Assembly: GCA_016699205.1 (NCBI GenBank)
Contig: CP064964.1
Coordinates: 330,001-362,000, forward strand
Source of the DNA: Candidatus Saccharimonadota bacterium
GTDB lineage: Bacteria > Patescibacteriota > Patescibacteriia > 2-12-FULL-60-25
Reading direction: 5' to 3'
DNA: 32,000 nucleotides
In this document: positions 7,001-14,030 of the stretch, in pieces
How positions within the stretch are numbered: the stretch's first letter is position 1
How the letters are laid out: each line of letters starts with the position of its first letter
Made by a program: the position numbers and the translations under genes
The notes under the pieces: generated by a model
The model's database searches: none
What the model was told of the DNA's origin: nothing
What the model saw: only the letters and a program-made list of their open reading frames with translations

Positions 7001-9859
7001 GATTGCTTGTGTATTTGTTGCGCCGTTATTAAACCGCGCGGCGAGATTTGTGCCGCCGCTCAAGCCTGCAAGAGCAATGTCAAGACCAATGTTTAAACCC
7101 GTTGAATTTAGACCGCCGTCATCGGGATTAATAATGAGCTGAGTCGTATCCCCTGTTTGGTTACCAGAATTAGTCGCGCTCGCGATTCTTTGACCAAAAC
7201 GAGCTGTTCCAGAACCCGTTAGTGCGTTGTTTACACGGAATTCGCGATTTGATTGGACAATGTTAGCGCTCGTGATCGAAAAATCCGCCTGCGTCGTTCC
7301 GCCATTGGCGCCAAGGTGCAGCTGCCTTCCGGTTAATGCATTGATGTACGTATCTCCGCTAGCCGTACGAATTGTAAAGACATCAGAGCTGTTGCCTTGT
7401 TGCGCATAAATCGTGTCCCCTGCGCCCGTTACTCTGAGCGCGTGACTTGAGGCGCTTGCACCTACATTCATCGTATAGTTACCGCCGCCGGTCGTCTCAC
7501 CTGCAACCGTCACAATACCTGTTGTACCCACCGTGATGCGATTCGTGCCGTTTGTTTCAAGCGCTAAACTCTGCGTATCATTTGTTCCGAGCACCGCGGT
7601 TGCGCCAAACGAATTACCATTTTGCTGGAAGAAGTTGCTCGTCGAAGGGATCGTACCCGTCGCTATAGAAACCCATCCGGTATTTGTTCCAGCACCCGTC
7701 TCCTTGAGATAGAGCCGGCCATTCGTCGAGTCAACCGTCAGATCGCCCTGCGAACCCGCAATCAGACCCTCGGGCGTGGTTGAAGCATTGAAGATCTGGA
7801 AATTGCCGACAGGATTCTCTACCGTCAAAATACCGACCGCTTGGTTGGAAGTGCTCAATAAATGCAGCTTGGTCGCTGGGGTCGATGTACCAAAGCCGAC
7901 ATTGCCTTGGACAATGAGACCATTTGCCGGGGCGTTCACTGTTGAATACCCTGTTCCTCCGACCGCAAGCGAGCCATTTACACTCAGTCTATTTGAGGTA
8001 TATGGAACCGTTCCGATTGCGACTCCGCCCGTGGAGCTGACCGCAATAAATGAAGCTCCATTATACATCAGATCAAAACGGTTAGGAGCTGTTCCGTCGC
8101 TCGCCAATTTCCATTCATTTGTATCAGATGTCCCGACTGCTAAATAAGCATTGTTTGTAGCACGAACCGTTATTCCGTCTCCATTACCAACATTTACATA
8201 CAGCTTAGAAGTCGGGTTAACCGTGCCAATACCAACGTTTCCACTTGTTGCCGAGATCGAGAAGCGTTCATTTCCGGTTCCTGATCCACCGTCAAAAATC
8301 GAGAAACGTTGACCGGCGGATTGCGCTAACGACCAGGTCGATGTTCCAACATTCACGATGCCCGCAAATAATTGCGCCCAGCGTGTTGTCGTTGAACCAA
8401 GCGAGTAGGTATTGTGAGCTTCCGGGATAATGTCGCGGAAGGTTGAGGTGTTTTGTATGTAGATCGGGAGCGTGGTCGTATTTCCGCGAGCGGTGACCGT
8501 TTGAAGGGTGTCGGCGGTATTTGTACCCGTAGCCACACCGACCCATCCCGTGTTGGTGTTTGTTCCCGTTTCCTTAATGTACATGCGACCATTCGCCGAG
8601 TCGAAGGCGATATCGCCTAGCGAACCGGTAACCGCGCCTTCAGGGGAGGCTTGCGTAACAAATTGCTGTATATCACCCCCATTATTCTGATAGGTCGTGA
8701 TCGCTGTTGTGGAAGCAGCGCCTGTACCGATATGCAATCGTGCGGTAGCGGTTGTTACGCCGACACCAAAGTTGCCCGTGTTATTAAAGACACCGACTTG
8801 TGAACCACCGAGGTTGAGACGCATGTGCGTGCCGCTCGCCATGACGATACCCGTGCCGGAGCGGTTGGCGATATTGAAGTAGTCAGCGCCAAAGGAGTTG
8901 CCTAAGTACTGGATCATGCCCGAATTTGTACCAGTCGGATTTGTAGCATCGGCTGAGAGATACATTCGCGCACCGTCGGAGTCGGTGTGGAAGCTATAGC
9001 CGTCACTCGTGCCGCCGGCAACGATGCGGAAGTGAGAAGGCGAGAGGCCGCCAGATACAGGGACGCTTAGCTCAACCGGGCCTGAATCAACGACAATAAC
9101 TCGTCCGGCTCCAGCGCCGGTGTCATCATAAGCAGAATCGAGGGAGTTGCCCGTACTGCTCGCACTCGACAGCGCGAACCATCCTGTATTACCACCGTCT
9201 GTTGTCTTTACGTAGAGCTGTGATGCGCCGTCCGGACCATCGGTTCGCATGTATAAGCTACCGGAGTCGGCCGTATAGACACCTTCCGGACTACCCGTAT
9301 TTACGAACATGTTAACGGATCCGCCGGTCTGTGAAAGTTGAAGCAGTGATACATCCCCAGAAGCTGCCGCGTTGAAATTAAAACCGTATGTCACGGCACT
9401 TTGGTTGGCGAAAAAATTGATTGAAGAACTGTTATGACTGATATCCATCGAGTCATAGTTCATCTCAATATTTGCCGTCTGCCCTCCAAGCACATCAAAT
9501 AACGAATACGCCGCTACCGGATATACACCACCGGTGTTCGTAAAATACATCGATGCGTATGAGGAGTTATCAAAACGATCGACACCTTCACCTAGTTTTA
9601 AAAAGTCGATTCGATTTGGACCGGCATTTAATTTACCGACCGAGAAACCAGTCGATGTCGCATTACCGTCAATCCCGTCCCCTCCGATGACAAATGCCGG
9701 ATTGTATCCGAGGAATGATTGTGACCTCGAGGGGGCAAAAATGGATACTGGTTGCCCCTCAAGAGCTGTGATCGTACGACCCGCGTCGTAAGCGCCCTGC
9801 AAGGATCGGTGCCTCCAACATAGCTCGCAAAGGTGGAAGATGTAACGATCGCATCCCAA
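4085..9859 (-). CDS. giant tail-fibre-like surface protein, distal 1,924-codon ORF (knob/shaft repeats, LVIVD propeller, S74-type chaperone domain, lectin-like domain, PE-rich tail)
   Basis: Long uninterrupted ORF with Ser/Thr/Gly/Asn-rich repeats. Motifs are described in the findings. The listed start is a TTG with five stops directly upstream, no signal peptide, and a junk-like first ~20 residues. The true 5' end is therefore probably in the upstream ORF. Confidence 0.85.
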   Translation of the reverse strand: MGCDRYIFHLCELCWRHRSLQGAYDAGRTITALEGQPVSIFAPSRSQSFLGYNPAFVIGGDGIDGNATSTGFSVGKLNAGPNRIDFLKLGEGVDRFDNSSYASMYFTNTGGVYPVAAYSLFDVLGGQTANIEMNYDSMDISHNSSSINFFANQSAVTYGFNFNAAASGDVSLLQLSQTGGSVNMFVNTGSPEGVYTADSGSLYMRTDGPDGASQLYVKTTDGGNTGWFALSSASSTGNSLDSAYDDTGAGAGRVIVVDSGPVELSVPVSGGLSPSHFRIVAGGTSDGYSFHTDSDGARMYLSADATNPTGTNSGMIQYLGNSFGADYFNIANRSGTGIVMASGTHMRLNLGGSQVGVFNNTGNFGVGVTTATARLHIGTGAASTTAITTYQNNGGDIQQFVTQASPEGAVTGSLGDIAFDSANGRMYIKETGTNTNTGWVGVATGTNTADTLQTVTARGNTTTLPIYIQNTSTFRDIIPEAHNTYSLGSTTTRWAQLFAGIVNVGTSTWSLAQSAGQRFSIFDGGSGTGNERFSISATSGNVGIGTVNPTSKLYVNVGNGDGITVRATNNAYLAVGTSDTNEWKLASDGTAPNRFDLMYNGASFIAVSSTGGVAIGTVPYTSNRLSVNGSLAVGGTGYSTVNAPANGLIVQGNVGFGTSTPATKLHLLSTSNQAVGILTVENPVGNFQIFNASTTPEGLIAGSQGDLTVDSTNGRLYLKETGAGTNTGWVSIATGTIPSTSNFFQQNGNSFGATAVLGTNDTQSLALETNGTNRITVGTTGIVTVAGETTGGGNYTMNVGASASSHALRVTGAGDTIYAQQGNSSDVFTIRTASGDTYINALTGRQLHLGANGGTTQADFSITSANIVQSNREFRVNNALTGSGTARFGQRIASATNSGNQTGDTTQLIINPDDGGLNSTGLNIGLDIALAGLSGGTNLAARFNNGATNTQAIMTVANAGGDFQLFRVDAVPNGNTTGSIGDLAIDSTNGRMYIKETGTNTLTGWAVVATGTNSADTFQTVTARGNTTTLPIYVQNTSTFQTILPQTGLAFDLGASTSRWNNAWINTINLGTSTWSMTQNGDRQFQILNGPGGIVGPGAASRMVINNANGFVGFGDSTNPQWALTVENSLSEAAIVAKSNNAGGTARIGTSDNAGNTLGFYQYGASVGGTLGNIPLATGSFIRSNAPSGLMLNTDISTPIVFGTNNTEVMRVTEAQNVGIGTATPVSQFQVAARFDQPAISSIGLSAGTYAVDIQGRYAAVINRNSFELNIVDVTEPANMAVLGSVSVDKVPVDVVVLGHYVYVIANDTALLYIYDITDPVNISVSDAEGISAGPRALAVQGRYAYTAGDSGRFEVIDVADPSQATPVTSLGICADPARMTVKDRYAYVVCSTGELQIVDIRLPSAPSIVGTIATNRLPTDVQVQGRYAYVVSNRDRTLEIIDISNPASPVLSGTENTNRDPISVNVQGDMAYVTASGNDTVDFIDITNRASPIYLGSNRTGGSPQYAAVQGRYIFVPNSSDRILEVFDLGGSVFQQAEIGGLETDTLATREDASIGGELEVKGGLHVGRSANINGTFSVYPNRPGSASVFTIDESGQVGIGTLAPDNLLSVNGDASKIGGGTWQTFSDQRLKEDVSSFVDGLNVITKINPVHFRYNGLGGIATGTSYIGVIAQDVQGIAPYMVSSTRMKLNKDDVEKTEVFTFDPNALTYALINSVKEQQGLITDLQNRIGATTTGSITVTDSPIESTDVFVSTSTFSGVVVVKERVNFGSDTVGQAKMLSGATQLRVRFENTYDKQPIVSITPIGLKSIDYGVENVTVEGFDIAMRPEQAEAVLFNWTAFGAEEGIVTISDGTTSTVEIILGGPIIPDIATDTGIEPPPEVPASPTSTEPAPESAPTPEPEPTPEPEPAPEPAPEPAPEPAP
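4088..4200 (-). repeat. tandem 6-nt-periodic repeat encoding the C-terminal PEPAPE/PEPEPT tail
   Basis: The plus strand reads ggtgcaggctcaggggctggctctggtgctggctccggagcaggctccggttcaggagtcggctctggttccgga. On the minus strand this translates to ...PTPEPEPTPEPEPAPEPAPEPAPEPAP*. Confidence 0.85.
4670..4985 (-). other. S74-type intramolecular chaperone / autoproteolysis domain inside the giant ORF
   Basis: GGGTWQTFSDQRLKEDVSSFVDGLNVITKINPVHFRYN...IGVIAQDVQGIAPYMV...LTYALINSVKEQQGLITDLQNRI. The SDxRLK motif (Ser codon TCA at 4978..4976) plus the terminal coiled helix is the hallmark of the endosialidase/tail-fibre chaperone domain. Confidence 0.75.
5263..6120 (-). other. seven LVIVD-type repeats (predicted 7-blade beta-propeller) inside the giant ORF
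   Basis: There are seven ~42-aa units of the form V(Q/K)GRYAYVV...(L/F)ExIDIsxPxxPxxxG. Examples are VQGRYAYVVSNRDRTLEIIDISNPASPVLSG and VQGRYAYTAGDSGRFEVIDVADPSQATPVTS. Confidence 0.75.
8391..8512 (-). repeat. intragenic DNA repeat, copy in the 1,924-codon ORF
   Basis: Hand alignment to 11726..11847 gives 99 of 122 identical positions. A ~59-nt core has only 4 mismatches (gaggtgttttgtatgtagatcgggagcgtggtcgtatttccgcgagcggtgac). It encodes ...TARGNTTTLPIYIQNTSTFRDIIPE.HN.YSLG. Confidence 0.8.
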
Positions 9860-10751
9860 TCACTATTATCACCATCACAGGTTGTTTAACAAACAATTGA
9901 TTTGTAGCTCCAACTGCATCCGTCTGAAAGTAAATTGACCCACTTTCAGCTACGATTACGCTCTCCGGGGACCCGACGCCAACGTACTGAATGATGGATG
10001 CTACATCGGTATCGTTCGACAAACGCAATAACGCCTGCTGATTTGCGTTTGCAGAATTGGAAATATTCATCGCTGCAAGTGAACTGATTTCCGTATTGTT
10101 CAGTGCAAAATTGGATTTCGTGCTACCGCCATTGCCTAACAAAGAAAAACCAAAGCTGTTTAGATCATGGTTGTAGTAAGCAAATGTTCCTGATGCCCCG
10201 GCTGGATTCAATACATCATCCGTCATGCCAAATGATGAAATATCATTTGCGAAATTTGATCGGCCAAATACGATTCCTCGGCTCGTGTTCAAATCGGTAG
10301 TGATGGCGAGACCTGGCACGCTTGAGAACGCGCCGGGTGTAGGCACCGAGATATAGACCGGGGTTGAAGTCGATGATGTCAAAATTGCATTGCCGCCGTC
10401 ATAAGCAGTTTGAAGAGATACTGCCGTCGTTGTTGACGTTAGCGAGGAAACATCCGCAAGTGCAACCCATCCCGTCGTACCACCCCCATTAAAGACCTTT
10501 ACATAAACCTGCGTTGACGAGCTGCCGCTTGAATCCGTGCGGTAGTACATAGAACCGAGCGTTGCAGAAACGACTCCTTCCGGATCACCCGTTCCTACGT
10601 ATTGATTCATTGCAGCCACGTTGTTGGCTAAACGTAATACGCTCACTTCCGGGGCCGTCGAGTTATTGTAAATGAGCACGGCTCCATCCGTCCCAAATCC
10701 TGTCAGCGCAATCTGACCATCGCCGATAATATCAACGTCCGTAGCCTCCAA
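9759..10751 (-). CDS. middle fragment (330 codons) of the tail-fibre-like mega-gene; probably not an independent gene
   Basis: TTG start with no SD and no signal peptide. It contains two knob motifs. Its last ~40 residues look out of frame, and the repeat modules continue across both of its borders in other frames. It overlaps the next ORF by 101 nt. Confidence 0.6.
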   Translation of the reverse strand: MEATDVDIIGDGQIALTGFGTDGAVLIYNNSTAPEVSVLRLANNVAAMNQYVGTGDPEGVVSATLGSMYYRTDSSGSSSTQVYVKVFNGGGTTGWVALADVSSLTSTTTAVSLQTAYDGGNAILTSSTSTPVYISVPTPGAFSSVPGLAITTDLNTSRGIVFGRSNFANDISSFGMTDDVLNPAGASGTFAYYNHDLNSFGFSLLGNGGSTKSNFALNNTEISSLAAMNISNSANANQQALLRLSNDTDVASIIQYVGVGSPESVIVAESGSIYFQTDAVGATNQLFVKQPVMVIIVIGMRSLHLPPLRAMLEAPILAGRLRRGSYDHSS

Positions 10752-10797
10752 GAAAGCCGTGCCAGACTTGGATTGAAGGCAATACGCGCTCCGGAAT

Positions 10798-13700
10798 TTA
10801 ATAAACCGAGCTCAAATCATTTGTTTCTTTTGTATGCGAAAGATAGCCCGTGTAGGTGGTAGACCAGTTTGTTAAATCATTACCAAAAACAGCGACCGTG
10901 CCGCTCGAGAACCCAAAATCAAATGTTCCCACCGAGAAACCACCGGCTGTGTCGGTAGGACTCTGTATCTGGATAGCGGGATAGTAGTCGAGGCCGCCGC
11001 TAACAACTCCGCTGACATTAAGCTGAACCGGACCGCTGTCGAGTGAGATAGCACGTCCACTGCCGGCGCCAGATGCGCCGTCGTACGCTAAGTCGAGCGT
11101 TGGAAATGCCACAGACGTGCCCGTAGCTACTCCAACCCATCCGGTATTTGTATTTGTTCCTGACTCTTTGATGTAGAGTCGGCCGCTTGTGGAATCGACA
11201 GCTAAGTCGCCACGAGATCCAGTAATAGAACCATTTGGGTCCGCCTGAATAGTAAACAGCTGATAGTCGCCTGCCGTATTTCCGATCGTCATGATCGGCG
11301 TTGTGCTTGCGCTAGAGGCCAACAAATCGAGCTTTGTTGCCGGTGTCGATGTTCCAATACCAACAAACCCATTTGGCATGATGATTCTGGCTGCGTTGTC
11401 ATCGACACGGATAAACGTATTGGAATTCCAGCCGATATAATCTCCAATAGAAACCGTATTTGCTACTGGATCAAGCAAAAAGATCTCTTCACCGCTATTG
11501 CCGCCCATCAAAACACTTCCTCCTAGCACATGCAGACGCGCAAGCGGTACCGTCGTTTGATCAGAAGTACCAATTCCAACATCTCCATTTGGATTGACAC
11601 GGATCGAGTCATTTAAATTAGCGGTGTTTCTCAATGAGAATCCGGCATTTGATGCTTGTTCCAAGGCCCAGGTACTTGAACCGACATAGGTCGTAACCGC
11701 GTACAGCTCTTTCCATCGCGTTGTTGTTGTGCCGAGCGAGTACAGGTTGTGCGTTTCCGGAACAATGTCTCTGAACGTCGAGGTGTTTTGTACGTAGATC
11801 GGAAGCGTGGTCGTATTTCCGCGTGCGGTGACGGTTTGTAACGTATCGACTTCCGTCCCGGATCCTGTTCCCGTGGCAAACGGAGCCCAGCCCGTAACCG
11901 TGGCTGTGCCAGTTTCTTTAATGTAGAAACGCCCCCCGACAAGATCAACAGCAAGATCCCCTATCGATCCAGAGACAAATCCTTCTGGTGACCCCGTTGC
12001 GTTGAACATCTGAATGTCCCCATTCGTATTTTGCAAGGTGAAAATCGGAACGATGGTTGACGCGCCGGAATTTACTTGCAATCTCGATGTCGCCGTTGTG
12101 ACGCCGATCCCCAAACTACCCTCCATCACGTTCAAGGAGTTTGATCCAGCCGAATACAGATTGTAATTGTTTACTCCAACACCTGCCTGATTTGCCAAAA
12201 AAAGACCGTAGTTATTCGTAATCGTTGCACCAGCGCCATTATTAAAGGTCTCGCCATAAAGCGCATAGGCACTCGTTACATTTCCCGCTCCAAACGAATA
12301 GGACTGTCCAAACACGCCAATCGAACTTCCGATCGTTCCTGTTCCACCAATGGCGGAAATACCGATTGAGCCATACGACGTTTGCAATAACCCGGTGCCA
12401 ATATGTGAAACCTGGCCTCTGACACCTGAAATTTCGCTTGTAAAATTTGTCGCGCCAGCTGTTTCTACAGAAGATTCGTAGGCGCTTACAGATGCGGGTG
12501 TACTAGCTTCACCAGAATTCAGCCTCAAAAACGATGCGACACCGCGCGTATAATCGGCGAGAGGGCTTGTAAACTCTTCCTCTACATTCAGCACCACCGA
12601 GCCCGGTGTGCTCGCGAACACAGATCCTCCGTCAATAATTCCGGAGTTTCCTACGGTCATATGACCGAGAATCTGGAAATTGTCAGAGACCGTCGAGGTT
12701 CCTGCGCCGGTGATATTAAGGACACCGGTTGAGGTACCGCCCGCAAACTGAATCGTGTTCGTAGTTGAATTGCCGCGGTTCGTGACGGTTTGTAACGTGT
12801 CGACTTCTGTGGTTGATACATTAGAAATTGCGAGATCTAAATCATCCAATACATCCTGAATATTGGTCGCGTTAGAGAAGGTGAATTCATCAAAGACACC
12901 GATCAACCAGGCACCGGAGTTCGTGGAGGTTGTGCCTGTGGCATTGATGGCAATCGTGTTGATGTAGAGGGTGTTGGAGAGATTTAGGGAGACACCGGTC
13001 GCCGAATCAAAGTTGATATACGTCGCACCGACATTGGTCGCAAACAGATTGGTGCTCGTCGTATTGGTACCCGTCGCATTCACCCAGGTGATGTCTGTAA
13101 AGTTGGCTGCACCGAGAACGTTAAGATTTGTTGTTGTCACTGTTCCAAACTCGCCATTCCAGCGATTGGCGGCGCTTCCAAGGGAGTAGGCAAGGTCGAG
13201 AGCTGGAACAAGGTCGGTGTTGAAACGGCCATTCACCGAGATAAGATCGGCGGAAGAACTGCCCAAGGTCGTATTCCCCTGCACATCAAAATTGCCAGCG
13301 ATCGTGGAAGTAACGGTTGAAGAGCTCATCGTGAAGTAGGCTCCGAGGAAGCCTCCGGTCAGGATGTTGAAATTCAGGTTCTGATCGAGAGCAAGAAGCG
13401 TGTTGGCAGCGGCCGTCGAGGAAGCGGAGAAGGTGTCGACCGCTTCTGCATTCAAAGCGTATGGAAAGGCCGAGAGCTGAACGCGGGGGTTGGCTTCTGC
13501 ATCCGCGCCGATACGGACACCGAGGAAGAGCGTCTGGTTCCAATCGATGTAAGACGGGAAGACAGCACAGGCGGAACCGAGCTGAACAGCAAAGTAGCCA
13601 TCAGCATCCGGGGTGATTTGGGGACAAGCACCGCCATCGTAGACACCCTTCCAGAGAAGCGGACCGGAGGAAGATGCGGTGTCGGTGTATGCACCCAACG

Positions 13701-13908
13701 TCTGGGACGAGTAGATGCTGAATTGAATGTCCGTCGGAACCGTAATAGGAGCAAGGGTCGATGAACGGAGGCGAGATTGGTAGTTAATTTCCCGAGGAAC
13801 GGAAGCAAGCGCGGAATTTACTTGAAAGAAACCTAAGATAGCGAAAAAAACTACCGTGAATACGGCTATCAAAGAGCGGAAGGTGCTTTTCTTACCCGAA
13901 AGGGGCAT
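10798..13908 (-). CDS. giant tail-fibre-like surface protein, proximal 1,036-codon ORF with signal anchor
   Basis: It has an N-terminal signal/anchor (KKSTFRSLIAVFTVVFFAILGFFQVNSALA). The head begins REINYQSRL...FSIYSS...LLWKGVYDGG. It carries the fibre motifs LAYSLGSAANRW and LYSLGTTTTRW and two knob motifs (GGRFYIKETGTATVTGW, SGRLYIKESGTNTNTGW). Confidence 0.85.
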   Translation of the reverse strand: MPLSGKKSTFRSLIAVFTVVFFAILGFFQVNSALASVPREINYQSRLRSSTLAPITVPTDIQFSIYSSQTLGAYTDTASSSGPLLWKGVYDGGACPQITPDADGYFAVQLGSACAVFPSYIDWNQTLFLGVRIGADAEANPRVQLSAFPYALNAEAVDTFSASSTAAANTLLALDQNLNFNILTGGFLGAYFTMSSSTVTSTIAGNFDVQGNTTLGSSSADLISVNGRFNTDLVPALDLAYSLGSAANRWNGEFGTVTTTNLNVLGAANFTDITWVNATGTNTTSTNLFATNVGATYINFDSATGVSLNLSNTLYINTIAINATGTTSTNSGAWLIGVFDEFTFSNATNIQDVLDDLDLAISNVSTTEVDTLQTVTNRGNSTTNTIQFAGGTSTGVLNITGAGTSTVSDNFQILGHMTVGNSGIIDGGSVFASTPGSVVLNVEEEFTSPLADYTRGVASFLRLNSGEASTPASVSAYESSVETAGATNFTSEISGVRGQVSHIGTGLLQTSYGSIGISAIGGTGTIGSSIGVFGQSYSFGAGNVTSAYALYGETFNNGAGATITNNYGLFLANQAGVGVNNYNLYSAGSNSLNVMEGSLGIGVTTATSRLQVNSGASTIVPIFTLQNTNGDIQMFNATGSPEGFVSGSIGDLAVDLVGGRFYIKETGTATVTGWAPFATGTGSGTEVDTLQTVTARGNTTTLPIYVQNTSTFRDIVPETHNLYSLGTTTTRWKELYAVTTYVGSSTWALEQASNAGFSLRNTANLNDSIRVNPNGDVGIGTSDQTTVPLARLHVLGGSVLMGGNSGEEIFLLDPVANTVSIGDYIGWNSNTFIRVDDNAARIIMPNGFVGIGTSTPATKLDLLASSASTTPIMTIGNTAGDYQLFTIQADPNGSITGSRGDLAVDSTSGRLYIKESGTNTNTGWVGVATGTSVAFPTLDLAYDGASGAGSGRAISLDSGPVQLNVSGVVSGGLDYYPAIQIQSPTDTAGGFSVGTFDFGFSSGTVAVFGNDLTNWSTTYTGYLSHTKETNDLSSVY
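11726..11847 (-). repeat. intragenic DNA repeat, copy in the 1,036-codon ORF
   Basis: Partner of 8391..8512 (see that entry). A more diverged third copy lies at about 6700..6830. Confidence 0.8.
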
Positions 13909-13952
13909 TTTTGCTTTTGTATTCGGGATTTTTTGTCCCTATTACAGTAATT

Positions 13953-13981
13953 ATTATAGCACATTCCTAAACTCTTTATAA
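13953..13981 (-). promoter_or_regulatory. candidate sigma70-type promoter of the fibre mega-gene
   Basis: The minus strand reads TTATAA-17 nt-TGCTATAAT. This is an extended -10 (TGnTATAAT, -10 at 13958..13953), ~45 nt upstream of the ATG at 13908 and directly after the terminator hairpin. Confidence 0.45.
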
Positions 13982-13983
13982 AC

Positions 13984-14027
13984 GAACACTCCCGCAGAGT
14001 AGCGGGAGTGTTCATAGCTATTTTTTT
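13984..14027 (-). terminator. stem-loop terminator between the anchor-protein gene and the fibre mega-gene
   Basis: Perfect 12-bp stem gaacactcccgc/gcgggagtgttc (13984..13995 and 14002..14013) with a 6-nt loop. It is flanked by an A/T run (tattttttt on plus, GTTTAT on minus). The minus-strand U-tract is weak. Confidence 0.6.
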
Positions 14028-14030
14028 GGC

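Noticed and set aside
4367-9791. Numerous 60-200-aa ORFs on both strands inside the giant gene (for example 4367..4978 +, 6628..6987 -, 7776..8147 +, 8292..8546 -)
   Set aside because: All are nested in the 1,924-codon ORF. Their translations are Arg/Cys/His/Pro-rich with no motifs. These are typical shadow frames of a long repetitive gene.
4088-12025. CRISPR array or other non-coding tandem repeat
   Set aside because: All repeats lie in frame within long ORFs and are diverged at the protein-module level. There is no repeat-spacer periodicity and no cas genes.
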